Positions 46,102 to 54,714 are shown, numbered from the stretch's first letter. The stretch: 64,000 bases of DNA from an uncultured Dehalococcoidia bacterium (GCA_958295715.1 OY282371.1:875183-939182), one strand, 5' to 3'. Numbers and translations: made by a program. The notes: generated by a model from the letters alone, not told the origin.

Positions 46102-47122
46102 TGGTGGATAGGGGTGAGGCGATGTATTTGCAGAGTTCAGCCAACCGGTCTCTCGCCTCAGTTAGAGCGTGATTATCAACGGTGTCCAGGTCTTCACGAA
46201 GACGACGTGAGTCCGGGTAGCTCATCTTATCGATGCGGTCCACCAGTGCAGTAGCGAGCTGGATCAGCGTCGCGTCCTCAAGGGCTTCAACAGTAGAGGG
46301 GCTGTCTAGAATCTTCAGTGCCTCGCGCGCTCCCCGTGCTAGAAATACTTTCCGCGCCTCCGAATTAGCGAGGATCTTCGGGAGTTTTCTAACAAGATTG
46401 AGTGGGTACAATCGTTGGTCATTGACCCATTCGGCAAAGTTAGTCTTTGAGTAACCTGACTTAGCCAGAGCTTCCTGTACCCCCGAAGCCTGCATTTCCA
46501 AAAAAGCGCTGAAACGAGTCGGGTCAAATTGGTCGTCACTGGTAAGGAGTGGGCGATAGTACTCCTCTATGTCGTTATAGGCGTCAATGAAACGATGCAC
46601 TTCAGACCGCTGACCGCCGCAGAAATCAATGATCTGATCTGTCGTCAGGTGCTCCGTGTTGCTGAGATAGTCAAGGTACTTGGCTTTAGAGTAGGGGTCC
46701 CACTCTCTTGGACCAACGAGATGAGCTTGGAGCCTGATGGCATCAATTGACTTCTGGTCAAGGTCGTCATACACGATCGCCGGGATCTCGTCCCACATGC
46801 TGCTACTGTTGTTACTCTTAAACTCTCGATAGATCAGGGCACGGGTATTTCCCTCAATGACAACTAGCCTGTTATCGACCTCTTTGTTGACCAAAATGGG
46901 GTGGATCAGCCCGCCATGAGTCCTTATCGCTGCCCTCAGACTTTGAAAGGTTGTCCTGTTTTCACCCGTCTCATAATTGGGAGCGCCAAGAGCAAGACTC
47001 ATCTGCTCGTCGGTTATTACTCCGCCATACATTTCCATATAAAGCGCCACCCGAGGGTTGGATGTATCGAGTACAAGCGTCTCGACCGGGAGCATCGCGA
47101 ATTGACCATTTCCTGCAGCCAT
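46094..47122 (-). CDS. ParB/Srx-superfamily protein, paralog A, 342 aa (ParB-like N-domain plus helical C-terminal region)
   Basis: ORF track, with GGAGAG upstream of the ATG. The ParB-like core is LPVETLVLDTSNPRV...HGGLIHPILVNKEVDNRLVVIEGNTRALIYRE. Confidence 0.7.
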   Translation of the reverse strand: MAAGNGQFAMLPVETLVLDTSNPRVALYMEMYGGVITDEQMSLALGAPNYETGENRTTFQSLRAAIRTHGGLIHPILVNKEVDNRLVVIEGNTRALIYREFKSNNSSSMWDEIPAIVYDDLDQKSIDAIRLQAHLVGPREWDPYSKAKYLDYLSNTEHLTTDQIIDFCGGQRSEVHRFIDAYNDIEEYYRPLLTSDDQFDPTRFSAFLEMQASGVQEALAKSGYSKTNFAEWVNDQRLYPLNLVRKLPKILANSEARKVFLARGAREALKILDSPSTVEALEDATLIQLATALVDRIDKMSYPDSRRLREDLDTVDNHALTEARDRLAELCKYIASPLSTSA

Positions 47123-47155
47123 ACTGTTTCTCTCCGGTGTGATACTAGCTCGGCG

Positions 47156-48745
47156 CTAATGTCCCTTATCGTCCAGAGCTGGCCGGGCCTGGGAATGATT
47201 CCTGCCCTTTGGTTTGGTTCTAATGCCTGAGCCGTTTTCCGCTACTCTGGATGCTTCCGCAAGAACCGATTCGATTAGCTCTTTTGCTGAACCCGGCGAG
47301 GGCGTGAGAGTTGCCAGAGCGCCAAACACTTTCTGGTAGATGACAGACTCAGAAGGAGTTATGTTGTCGAACTGTTGTAGCTTAGCTTCACCTGAGAAGT
47401 TGGTCAATAGTTCTTCAGCCCTGTCCAACCTCTCGAGAGAATCGTTGTCGAGATTGTCTTTATGGATGCTTTTGCGAACTTCCTGGACTTTCTGCAATGC
47501 TTCTTGGACTAAGCCGACGGAGTCTTCCTCGGTCAGGTAGCCGGACACTGCCAAGGAGTAGAGGTTCTCGATATTGCATAATGATGAGAGGGTCTTCCTG
47601 TCGCGGTTGCGAATCGTGGACTCTCGCCTGCACCGTGCACTGATCTCACGCAGGACTAGCCCGAGGCGGTTTTCGAGGTGGCGCAAATGGAATCCCGGCT
47701 GAAAATAGTCACGGCTGGCGTTTGGGATAATTCGTGAGTCCAGGATGTGAAGCTCCCCCACACACCATCGGTTGAACCGTTCCTCTGTATAGAGGTGGTC
47801 AAACACCGTCTCGCTACCAATCTGTATATTCCCAACCCTGGCCCTGATGCCACGAATTCGCTGCTCTTTGGGAATCGCCCCTAGGTAGGAGGAGTGTGCG
47901 ACCCACCCAACTGCCATATCACCGTTCCCGTCAGCGCTTGGTATTCGGACCTCTTGGAATTCCGTAAATTCAGCCACCTTGTTGGCAGAGAGTCGGATAG
48001 CTTCTCCGTGGGGTCTTTCGACTGCGTCTGGGTCTCCTTCCAGCAGGACTTTCAATGTGAGTGGCGCCTCAGCGCCATCAAATAGCCCCTTGACTCTCGA
48101 GGCGAAGGGAAACTTGGCGTTCATGGGAACTGGACATACTTCGCCAATATAGTCGCGTACCGCGTCACGATTCAGCAGTAGCCCTGCAGAGTGACGAGCC
48201 ACGCCTCCGACTTCAACCTCAAAAAAGTGATCGGGGTATTCCCGCCCCGGCAGAGTTTCTACATTGACGCACTCAAGAATGGCTCGCTCCAGCTCTGGTT
48301 CCGTGGAGGTCAGGTTAGGAAGCCGGTCGCTATGCCAGGTGATGCGCGTTACCGGTTTGTTCTGAGAGGCGCGTGTCGTGAATGCGACGGTCTTTGCAAA
48401 GGCAAGTCCGGCGAGGCGTCCAATGCCTCTGATTCCTCTGTCAATTCCCAACCGCTTGTTGCTGCGGCCGATAGGCAACAGCCGGTCAAGGGCATCCTCG
48501 CGAGACAGGCCGGGTCCGTTGTCTCGAATCCTGACTCGACGGTGAGTGACGTCAATCGCGATGTCTACCCTGGCTTCTTCCGCAGACCCACTTTCCATAA
48601 CCGCGTCAGCCGCATTTTGAATGTACTCACGGTACATGGACAGGGATTCGTCGTACAGCCCGGTTGTCACAAGCGCGAGGAGTCCAGCGCCCATGAGTTC
48701 GGGTGTTTCGTTCGTGTCAGCCAAAGCAATCATCTCTGAATTCAT
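47156..48745 (-). CDS. GHKL-superfamily ATPase (Hsp90/MORC/MutL-like HATPase), 529 aa
   Basis: ORF track. N-box is MYREYIQNAADAV (N44). G1 box is RIRDNGPGL. G2 is GIRGIGRLAGLAF. The region after the ATPase domain is large. The start overlaps the radical SAM stop as ATGA (48745-48742). Confidence 0.8.
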   Translation of the reverse strand: MNSEMIALADTNETPELMGAGLLALVTTGLYDESLSMYREYIQNAADAVMESGSAEEARVDIAIDVTHRRVRIRDNGPGLSREDALDRLLPIGRSNKRLGIDRGIRGIGRLAGLAFAKTVAFTTRASQNKPVTRITWHSDRLPNLTSTEPELERAILECVNVETLPGREYPDHFFEVEVGGVARHSAGLLLNRDAVRDYIGEVCPVPMNAKFPFASRVKGLFDGAEAPLTLKVLLEGDPDAVERPHGEAIRLSANKVAEFTEFQEVRIPSADGNGDMAVGWVAHSSYLGAIPKEQRIRGIRARVGNIQIGSETVFDHLYTEERFNRWCVGELHILDSRIIPNASRDYFQPGFHLRHLENRLGLVLREISARCRRESTIRNRDRKTLSSLCNIENLYSLAVSGYLTEEDSVGLVQEALQKVQEVRKSIHKDNLDNDSLERLDRAEELLTNFSGEAKLQQFDNITPSESVIYQKVFGALATLTPSPGSAKELIESVLAEASRVAENGSGIRTKPKGRNHSQARPALDDKGH

Positions 48746-50364
48746 ATAAGTTGCGTGCCCTTGACTGAGAGCGCTTCATCGTAATCGAACAGACCGGCGT
48801 CTTCAACGATCTCATCCTCCTCAAGACCGGGGTCATTCGCAGTCATTTCCGACATGAGTTGGTGACTCTGCGTCTTGGAGTCCTCCTGGGTATCTAGCCC
48901 GTGGAACAGCAGCAGATGTCGGATTCGCTGATCGACCGTTCGGTCGTTCGCCAATTGCCGGAACCGCCCTGAACCCATTCCATTCCTGTTGGCCGGATTC
49001 GCAAGTAGACTCATGAGTTCCTTCTCCTGCGACACTGAAAGGCTCTGGCGCAGTGACTCGTACTCCTCTCTCTGGGCTCGACCCTCTCCATTCTCAAAAT
49101 ACTCTCGATGGAATATGAAGGCGTGTGGCAGCCTGAGTAGCCGCTCGAACTCCTCGGAATTCTCCCCATAGGCCCTCAGGAAGAATGGCGGACTGCCGCT
49201 CACGACTCCCTTGGTGGCCTGTAGCATGAGTTGAAACGAGCGGAGGTAATACCGATTCCAATTCTTCCCGACATGTGAACGGTCCTTCAATGTCACGGGT
49301 TGGTATCGCATTGGGAACGACCAGATTCGGATTCCCAGTTCCTCGTTCAGGTCTATATTGAAGCGCATCCGCCGGTAAAGGTCTGTGGGAGTGTCCATGA
49401 AGTTGTACAGCATGTAATTTGACAAAGAGGTAATCTGGTTGTCAGCCGCCATGCGAATTGACTTCTCGTATACCTTTCTCAAACCGATGTGGTCGAAAGC
49501 AATCCTGAGCGGGCTGATGCAAATCGTCGCCATTTCGCGAAGGAACATGCTTGATTGCGCGAGGATTCGCGCGTCCACTCCTTGGTTGAAGTCCACTCGT
49601 CGCTTAACCGGGTGCTTTCCATCCCGTGATAATTTCGCTCCAGGTGTGAAACCTAGGTATCGAATCTCAGCTATCACCTCCTTGTAACGGGCAGATGCCG
49701 TGATGTTGTTGTCCATGAGCACGAGGTCTTTCTTCTCCCCGTACCGTTTGCTCACCTCTTCAATTAGATTGACGAGGGGTGGCATCTCTCGTTGGGCGCC
49801 CTCCAGCTTCGGCACCCCGCAGAACGAGCACTTCCTCACGCATCCACGCGACGCGTATCCGAAATAGGCATCATGGACTGGGTAGCTGTAATCGATATGT
49901 TTAAGGATACCGTAGTCAGGGACCAGTTCCTCGACCGGGGTGCCGGCCAAGTCGTCGGCTCCAAAGTCGTAGTCGTCGGCCGACAATGCAAGGGACGCTG
50001 CCGGAGGGCCATCAAGCAAACCTTTGATGAAGCGTACTCCGGTCCAACGAGGTTCATTAAGGAAGGCATCAAGCATGAGCGAAACCGCGATGCCGCCGAC
50101 AAACACGCGCTCCGGTTGATTGCCTGCAGCCCGTATAGCGAAGTCGATTGCCGAGGCAGTCCGTTTCCACTCGAAGGTGAAAAGCGTGGTCACATAGACC
50201 CGGTCCCACGCTTGATTTAGCGCTTCCTTGTTTTCGCCCTTTATGAACGTGACATGGTCGCCTCGACCAAAAGAGCCGTGATAAGTGGCAAGTTTCATCA
50301 GGCCTAATGGTGGGTACTTGTTTGGGTAACCCGGCTCAATTAACAGGATTTCCCTGGGTATCAT
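48742..50364 (-). CDS. Radical SAM enzyme with N-terminal B12-binding-like (class B-type) domain, 540 aa
   Basis: ORF track. The CX3CX2C cluster ASRGCVRKCSFCGV (C175, C179, C182) maps to nt ~49819-49842. The N-terminus ILLIEPGYPNKYPPLGLMKLATY resembles the cobalamin-binding Rossmann lead-in of class B radical SAM enzymes. It is the first gene of the operon. Confidence 0.8.
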   Translation of the reverse strand: MIPREILLIEPGYPNKYPPLGLMKLATYHGSFGRGDHVTFIKGENKEALNQAWDRVYVTTLFTFEWKRTASAIDFAIRAAGNQPERVFVGGIAVSLMLDAFLNEPRWTGVRFIKGLLDGPPAASLALSADDYDFGADDLAGTPVEELVPDYGILKHIDYSYPVHDAYFGYASRGCVRKCSFCGVPKLEGAQREMPPLVNLIEEVSKRYGEKKDLVLMDNNITASARYKEVIAEIRYLGFTPGAKLSRDGKHPVKRRVDFNQGVDARILAQSSMFLREMATICISPLRIAFDHIGLRKVYEKSIRMAADNQITSLSNYMLYNFMDTPTDLYRRMRFNIDLNEELGIRIWSFPMRYQPVTLKDRSHVGKNWNRYYLRSFQLMLQATKGVVSGSPPFFLRAYGENSEEFERLLRLPHAFIFHREYFENGEGRAQREEYESLRQSLSVSQEKELMSLLANPANRNGMGSGRFRQLANDRTVDQRIRHLLLFHGLDTQEDSKTQSHQLMSEMTANDPGLEEDEIVEDAGLFDYDEALSVKGTQLI

Positions 50365-50698
50365 CAGCAGAACCTAGGGTTGTTATTATGTGTCGCTACA
50401 TTTCGCGTGGCCATGGTATACCAACTATTCTGGCTCCCTAAAATCCCCAATCCAGTGTACGTTTATACTGGTCGGGTTCGATGAGGCTGGCTAAGTCCCG
50501 GATAGCCGCTGACCTGCTATCGGCGGCTATGTCATCACTGATAGAGGTGAGGAAACCTTTGCCGTCACCGGTCATGCCGCGTCCTCAATACTCCACACTG
50601 CAGGTCTTGATTATACTTTAGGCGGCGGGAGAGCGCCATCGTGATGGCAGGAAAAGACAGGCGGCCTCCCATGTTGTGGCAGCCCCTGACGCCGGGGC

Positions 50699-51150
50699 TC
50701 ACCGCTGTGGGGCAAACTTCACCTCCCAGAGGCTGCCCTCGCGGGCACGTACTGGCCGGTGCGGATGCGTTTGATGGGATAGGCCGGCAGCTGGCGCACG
50801 GCGATGCATTTCCCGCCGCCATTGGCGGCATGAGCTTTAACGTTGAAGTCTAAGTTGTGGAAGTAGTACTGCGCCGAGCTGGGGAGGTCCTTCTCGTCGG
50901 CGGGGACCAGATGCAGGAAAACTTTTGCCTCCACGTCGGTCAGGGCGCACGGCTCCTTGACGTAGTACAAGTTGCGCTCGTCGAGGTATACAGGTCGTAG
51001 GTGGAGCGGACCTCCGGCTCTCCCACCTCCTCGATACGCGCCAGCACGTCAAGGCCGTTCCGCCGGAATTGGGTCAGGTCGTGGTTGTAGATGCGCCAGG
51101 CTGATATGGGGGCGCCGGTGTCCTTTTGCCGATGCGCTCAGCCGCTTGCC
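50699..51150 (-). pseudogene. Decayed 3' fragment (~150 codons, several frameshifts) of a paralog of the membrane-protein gene at 52537-54690
   Basis: The DNA aligns by eye with 52537-52990, for example ...cacctcccagaggctgccctcgc..., gtactggccggtgcgga, ccgccggaattgggtcaggtcgtg. The track ORF 50719-50970 peptide YYVKEPCA..VFLHL.P.DEKDL...GGGKCIAVRQLPAYPIKRIRTGQYV matches the C-terminus of the 717-aa protein. Indels of 1 and 2 nt break the frame, and the 5' two-thirds of the gene is missing. Confidence 0.8.
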
Positions 51151-51211
51151 GGCTTTAATCTAGAGTCGCTCGGCCCTCGACTCGGACGCCGGGCGGTCAA
51201 GGGGATTCGTT

Positions 51212-51275
51212 CCGCAGCCCTCTATACGGCGGCTTGCGGGTGGCGCTAACCTTGAGGCAAAGCTTTGAGGCGGCT
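51212..51275. repeat. Direct repeat copy 2 (64 bp), ending 4 nt before the nagZ-like ATG and including its GAGG ribosome-binding site
   Basis: See copy 1. Imperfect similarity extends left to ~51136. Confidence 0.9.
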
Positions 51276-51279
51276 TCTC

Positions 51280-52509
51280 ATGGGACTCTTCAGACCATTA
51301 CCGGGTTGGGTTCACGTTTCAGTTCAGGTTCGCGTATTCACGCGTGGCCGGCTCCCCCGCGCGTGGAGGGGCGCGTTGACGGCCGTTCTGGCGGGGACTC
51401 TTCTGGCGGCGGTCGTATTCGCGGCCCTGGCCTGCGGCCCGGCGGACGATGGGGGCGCCTCGGCCCTCACCTTGGAGGATGCCGCCGGGCAGATGCTGAT
51501 GATTGGGTTTCGCGGCGTCGCCCTGGACGACGATACCGCGGCGATGCTGCGCGACATCCGTCCCGGCGGCGTCGTCCTCTTCGACCGCGACGGGCCGAGC
51601 GGCGGGAAGATGACGCGCAACATCACCTCGCCGTCCCAGCTTCGCGCCCTGACGTCGGAACTCCAGGAGACGGCGGCTATTCCCTACTTCATAGCCATCG
51701 ACGCGGAGGGCGGATACGTCAACCGGTTGAAGTCGAAGTACGGGTTCAGCGTCTCCGTCCCCACGGCGCAGACCTTGGGGCTGGGCTCCACGGCGGAGAC
51801 GGCGGCGGTGGCGAGTGAGCTTGCGGTTCAGCTGAGGGAGTTGGGCGTCAACTGGAACTTCGCCCCCGTCGTTGACGTGAACGTAGACCCCGAAAGCCCG
51901 GCCATCGGCGCCTTCGAGCGTTCCTTCAGCCGCGACCCCGCCATCGTGGCCGGCCACGCCGCCGCCTTCGTTGAGGCCCACAGGGAGCGGCAGGTGATAA
52001 CGGCCCTGAAGCACTTCCCCGGCCACGGCAGCGCGGCGGGAGACACGCATCTCGGCGTCACCGACGTGACGGCCACCTATAGACGCGCGGACGAGCTCGC
52101 GCCGTACCGGGAGCTTATTGATGGCGGCTACGACGGCCCGGTTATGACCGCGCACATCGTCAACAGGAACCTGGACCCTAGCGGGAGGCCGGCGACGCTG
52201 TCGCTCGCCATCATGACGACGCTAATCAGGGACGAGATGGGTTTTGAGGGCGTCATCATCTCCGACGACATGCAGATGGGAGCCATCGTCGCCGAGTACG
52301 GCCTGACGGAAGCGGTCATAGAGGCGGTGAAGGCGGGGGTGGACGTGGTCATGCTCGCCAACCAGAGCGGCGAGTACGACGTGCGGAACGTGTACCGCGT
52401 GCGGGACGCCCTCGTGCAGGCGGCCTCGGACGGGACCATCCCGGAAGAACGCGTCTACGAATCCGTCGGCCGCATCCTGGCGCTAAAACGGCAGTACGGC
52501 ATCCGGTAG
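51280..52509 (+). CDS. nagZ: Glycoside hydrolase family 3 beta-N-acetylhexosaminidase (NagZ-like), probable lipoprotein
   Basis: Track ORF 51265-52509. I prefer the ATG at 51280 with GAGG upstream. GH3 N-domain motifs are present: MIGFRG, GGVVLFDRD, the KHFPGHG...GDTH motif, and IISDDMQMGAI. The N-terminal hydrophobic segment ends in ALACG (lipobox-like). Confidence 0.8.
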   Translation: MGLFRPLPGWVHVSVQVRVFTRGRLPRAWRGALTAVLAGTLLAAVVFAALACGPADDGGASALTLEDAAGQMLMIGFRGVALDDDTAAMLRDIRPGGVVLFDRDGPSGGKMTRNITSPSQLRALTSELQETAAIPYFIAIDAEGGYVNRLKSKYGFSVSVPTAQTLGLGSTAETAAVASELAVQLRELGVNWNFAPVVDVNVDPESPAIGAFERSFSRDPAIVAGHAAAFVEAHRERQVITALKHFPGHGSAAGDTHLGVTDVTATYRRADELAPYRELIDGGYDGPVMTAHIVNRNLDPSGRPATLSLAIMTTLIRDEMGFEGVIISDDMQMGAIVAEYGLTEAVIEAVKAGVDVVMLANQSGEYDVRNVYRVRDALVQAASDGTIPEERVYESVGRILALKRQYGIR

Positions 52510-52536
52510 CGCTTGCGGAGGCCGCGGCGGCGGGCT

Positions 52537-54690
52537 TCACCGCCGTGGGGCGAACTCCACCTCCCAGAGGCTGCCCTCGCCGAGCACGTACTGGCCGGTG
52601 CGGATTCGTTTGATGGGATAGGCCGGCAGTTGACGCACGGCGATGCATTTCCCGCCGCCAATGGCGCCATAAGTCGCAAAGTCGAAGTCCAAGTTGTTGA
52701 AGCCGTGCTGCGACCAGCTGGAGAGGTCCTTCTCGTCGTCGGGAATCAGATGCAGGAAGACGGTGGCCTCCGCGTCGGCCGGGGCGCAGGGATCCTTGAC
52801 ATAGTACAAGTTGCGCTCGTCAAGGTACACGACGAAGTGGTCGTGCACCGCCGGCTCTCCCGCCTCCTCAATGCGCGCCAGCACGTCGACGCCGTTCCGC
52901 CGGAATTGGGTCAGGTCGTGATTGTAGACGTGCCAGATTGATATGGGGACGCCGCCATCCTTTCGCCGGTAGGGTTTTCCCGCTTGAAGGACTCCCGCCA
53001 CCGTCTCGGCATACGACAATAAACGGTACTCATTGGGCAGGTCGTCTTGTTCTCTGACAAACTTGACGGTGTAGTAGGGCCGCCCGGCTTCCTCCGGCGG
53101 GGTGTAATGCGCCTCGTATTCTCGGCCGTAAAACCGTGAGAGAAAGACGCGATAGGCGTAGCGGTTAACTAGATTACCCGTCATTTCGTTGGGGTTCTCA
53201 TACCAGACGTGGATGTAATAGCCCTGGTCGTAGAGGGAGGTGACGTCGGCCAGAAGATCGGCTTCGGTGTGGCGGACGCTGTGCTGGGCGACGGTCTGAA
53301 ACAGGAAGTTGTAGTAGTTGGCCAGGATGAAGAAGGTTATGAAGGAAGCTAACCCAATGGCCACTAAGGGTCGTGGGCGCCAACGCCCAAGGCGCCACTG
53401 GGGCAGCCGCTCCTCTAGGGCGAACTTGGCGGAGAAGGCCAACAGCGTAGTGAAGACCGGTATGAGCATGTACCAGTAGCGTAGGACCTGAAGCCAGGAG
53501 AAAGAGATGATGAGGCACATGCTCGCAAACAGGCCGAGGAGAAACAGCGCGAAGATAAACTCATTGCTGAACCGGCCCTTGGCCGCTTTGCGCACGATGA
53601 AGAACAGCAGCGCCGCCGAGAGGAGGGCAAGACCGGCAGTGATGAGAAGGGACGTCTCAACCTGGAAGAGCTGACCGGAAATCCATCTCGCGTTCTCCCA
53701 GATTAGACCGGGCGTTATGTCGGGGACGTAGTAGCTGCCCCCGTTATCCGATGCAACGCTCAGTCTGTAGAGGGTGTGGAGAAAGACCAGGACCAGCGCC
53801 AGACCTCCCAGGAACTTCCATCGGTCGACCCTTTTCAGGATATTCGCTGCGCCTTTGAAGGGGCGTTTCTGCCCCTGATTCCCGTGTCCTTCTCGCCGCG
53901 CCGCCTCTATCAGGAGCAGGGCAAAATAGGAGACCAGAAGCCATAGCGCGACGGCGACGTTTACTTCCTTGGACCAGACGAGGCCTATGAATCCTGCGTA
54001 AAACGCGCCGTGTATGAGTATTGTGCTCCGGAGGTCATCCTTTCTGCCGGCTCTCAAGAGCATCAGCGCCATCATCCAGACGCAGATCCCCATGAAGAAG
54101 ACGGTGTAGAGTTCCTGGGGTGACAGCCGGGCGGCCGGTTGATTGGGGAAGAATAGCCACAGGTATACCAATACCGCCAAGGGCAGGAGGTAAACTAGCC
54201 GGTTCCTCAAGCCGCTCCGAGACGTCATTTCCGTGGACGTGGAATCCCCGTTTGGGCGGGAATGACGTTGGCGCGAGTCGCGGGAGATGCAGATGAAGGC
54301 GGCGGCGAAAGCGAAGACGGAACCGAAGTGCACAACCCACCGGGCCAGGTGATGCAGCCATGGAGTGGGGCCAAAGGTCTTCCAGGCGGCGGCGTTGTAG
54401 AACTCCCAGAAGGGCTTATACCTCTCAAGGTCAAAATTGAGGAACTGTTCGTTGACCCATCCGAAGAACGCCCCCGGGCTGTCGAAGATGCGAACAGTCC
54501 ACAAGTCTCCATAGTCGTCCACCAGGGCGAAGGGCGTGTTCAGGGAGTAGTAGAACACGGGGACGAACAGCAGGCACGGGATAGCCGCGAAGATAACGGC
54601 CTGCGGCGCCGGGCTGCGCCAGGGCTGCTTGAGGCGGCTGATTAGGGCTGAGAGCACAGCATTTTCAAATATGGGGCTGGCGCTGAACAC
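52537..54690 (-). CDS. Polytopic membrane protein (>=10 TM) with ~250-aa C-terminal soluble domain; possible GT-C-fold (ArnT/PMT-like) glycosyltransferase
   Basis: ORF track. It has many hydrophobic helices and an acidic motif ALVDDYGD after TM1, as in GT-C enzymes. The function call is tentative. GTG start. Confidence 0.6.
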   Translation of the reverse strand: MFSASPIFENAVLSALISRLKQPWRSPAPQAVIFAAIPCLLFVPVFYYSLNTPFALVDDYGDLWTVRIFDSPGAFFGWVNEQFLNFDLERYKPFWEFYNAAAWKTFGPTPWLHHLARWVVHFGSVFAFAAAFICISRDSRQRHSRPNGDSTSTEMTSRSGLRNRLVYLLPLAVLVYLWLFFPNQPAARLSPQELYTVFFMGICVWMMALMLLRAGRKDDLRSTILIHGAFYAGFIGLVWSKEVNVAVALWLLVSYFALLLIEAARREGHGNQGQKRPFKGAANILKRVDRWKFLGGLALVLVFLHTLYRLSVASDNGGSYYVPDITPGLIWENARWISGQLFQVETSLLITAGLALLSAALLFFIVRKAAKGRFSNEFIFALFLLGLFASMCLIISFSWLQVLRYWYMLIPVFTTLLAFSAKFALEERLPQWRLGRWRPRPLVAIGLASFITFFILANYYNFLFQTVAQHSVRHTEADLLADVTSLYDQGYYIHVWYENPNEMTGNLVNRYAYRVFLSRFYGREYEAHYTPPEEAGRPYYTVKFVREQDDLPNEYRLLSYAETVAGVLQAGKPYRRKDGGVPISIWHVYNHDLTQFRRNGVDVLARIEEAGEPAVHDHFVVYLDERNLYYVKDPCAPADAEATVFLHLIPDDEKDLSSWSQHGFNNLDFDFATYGAIGGGKCIAVRQLPAYPIKRIRTGQYVLGEGSLWEVEFAPRR

Positions 54691-54714
54691 GGCGTTTGTG
54701 AGCCAAGCCCTCGG

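Larger units (their letters stand above)
42797..50690. mobile_element. Putative horizontally acquired island (lower GC) carrying the six-gene operon; no integrase or transposase recognised
   Basis: The segment is bracketed by the 64-bp direct repeats, together with the adjacent pseudogene fragment. Hand GC counts of 60-nt lines give 42% (44041), 43% (46801) and 60% (49021) inside, versus 72% (52021) in flanking nagZ. Mobility itself is not demonstrated. Confidence 0.4.
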
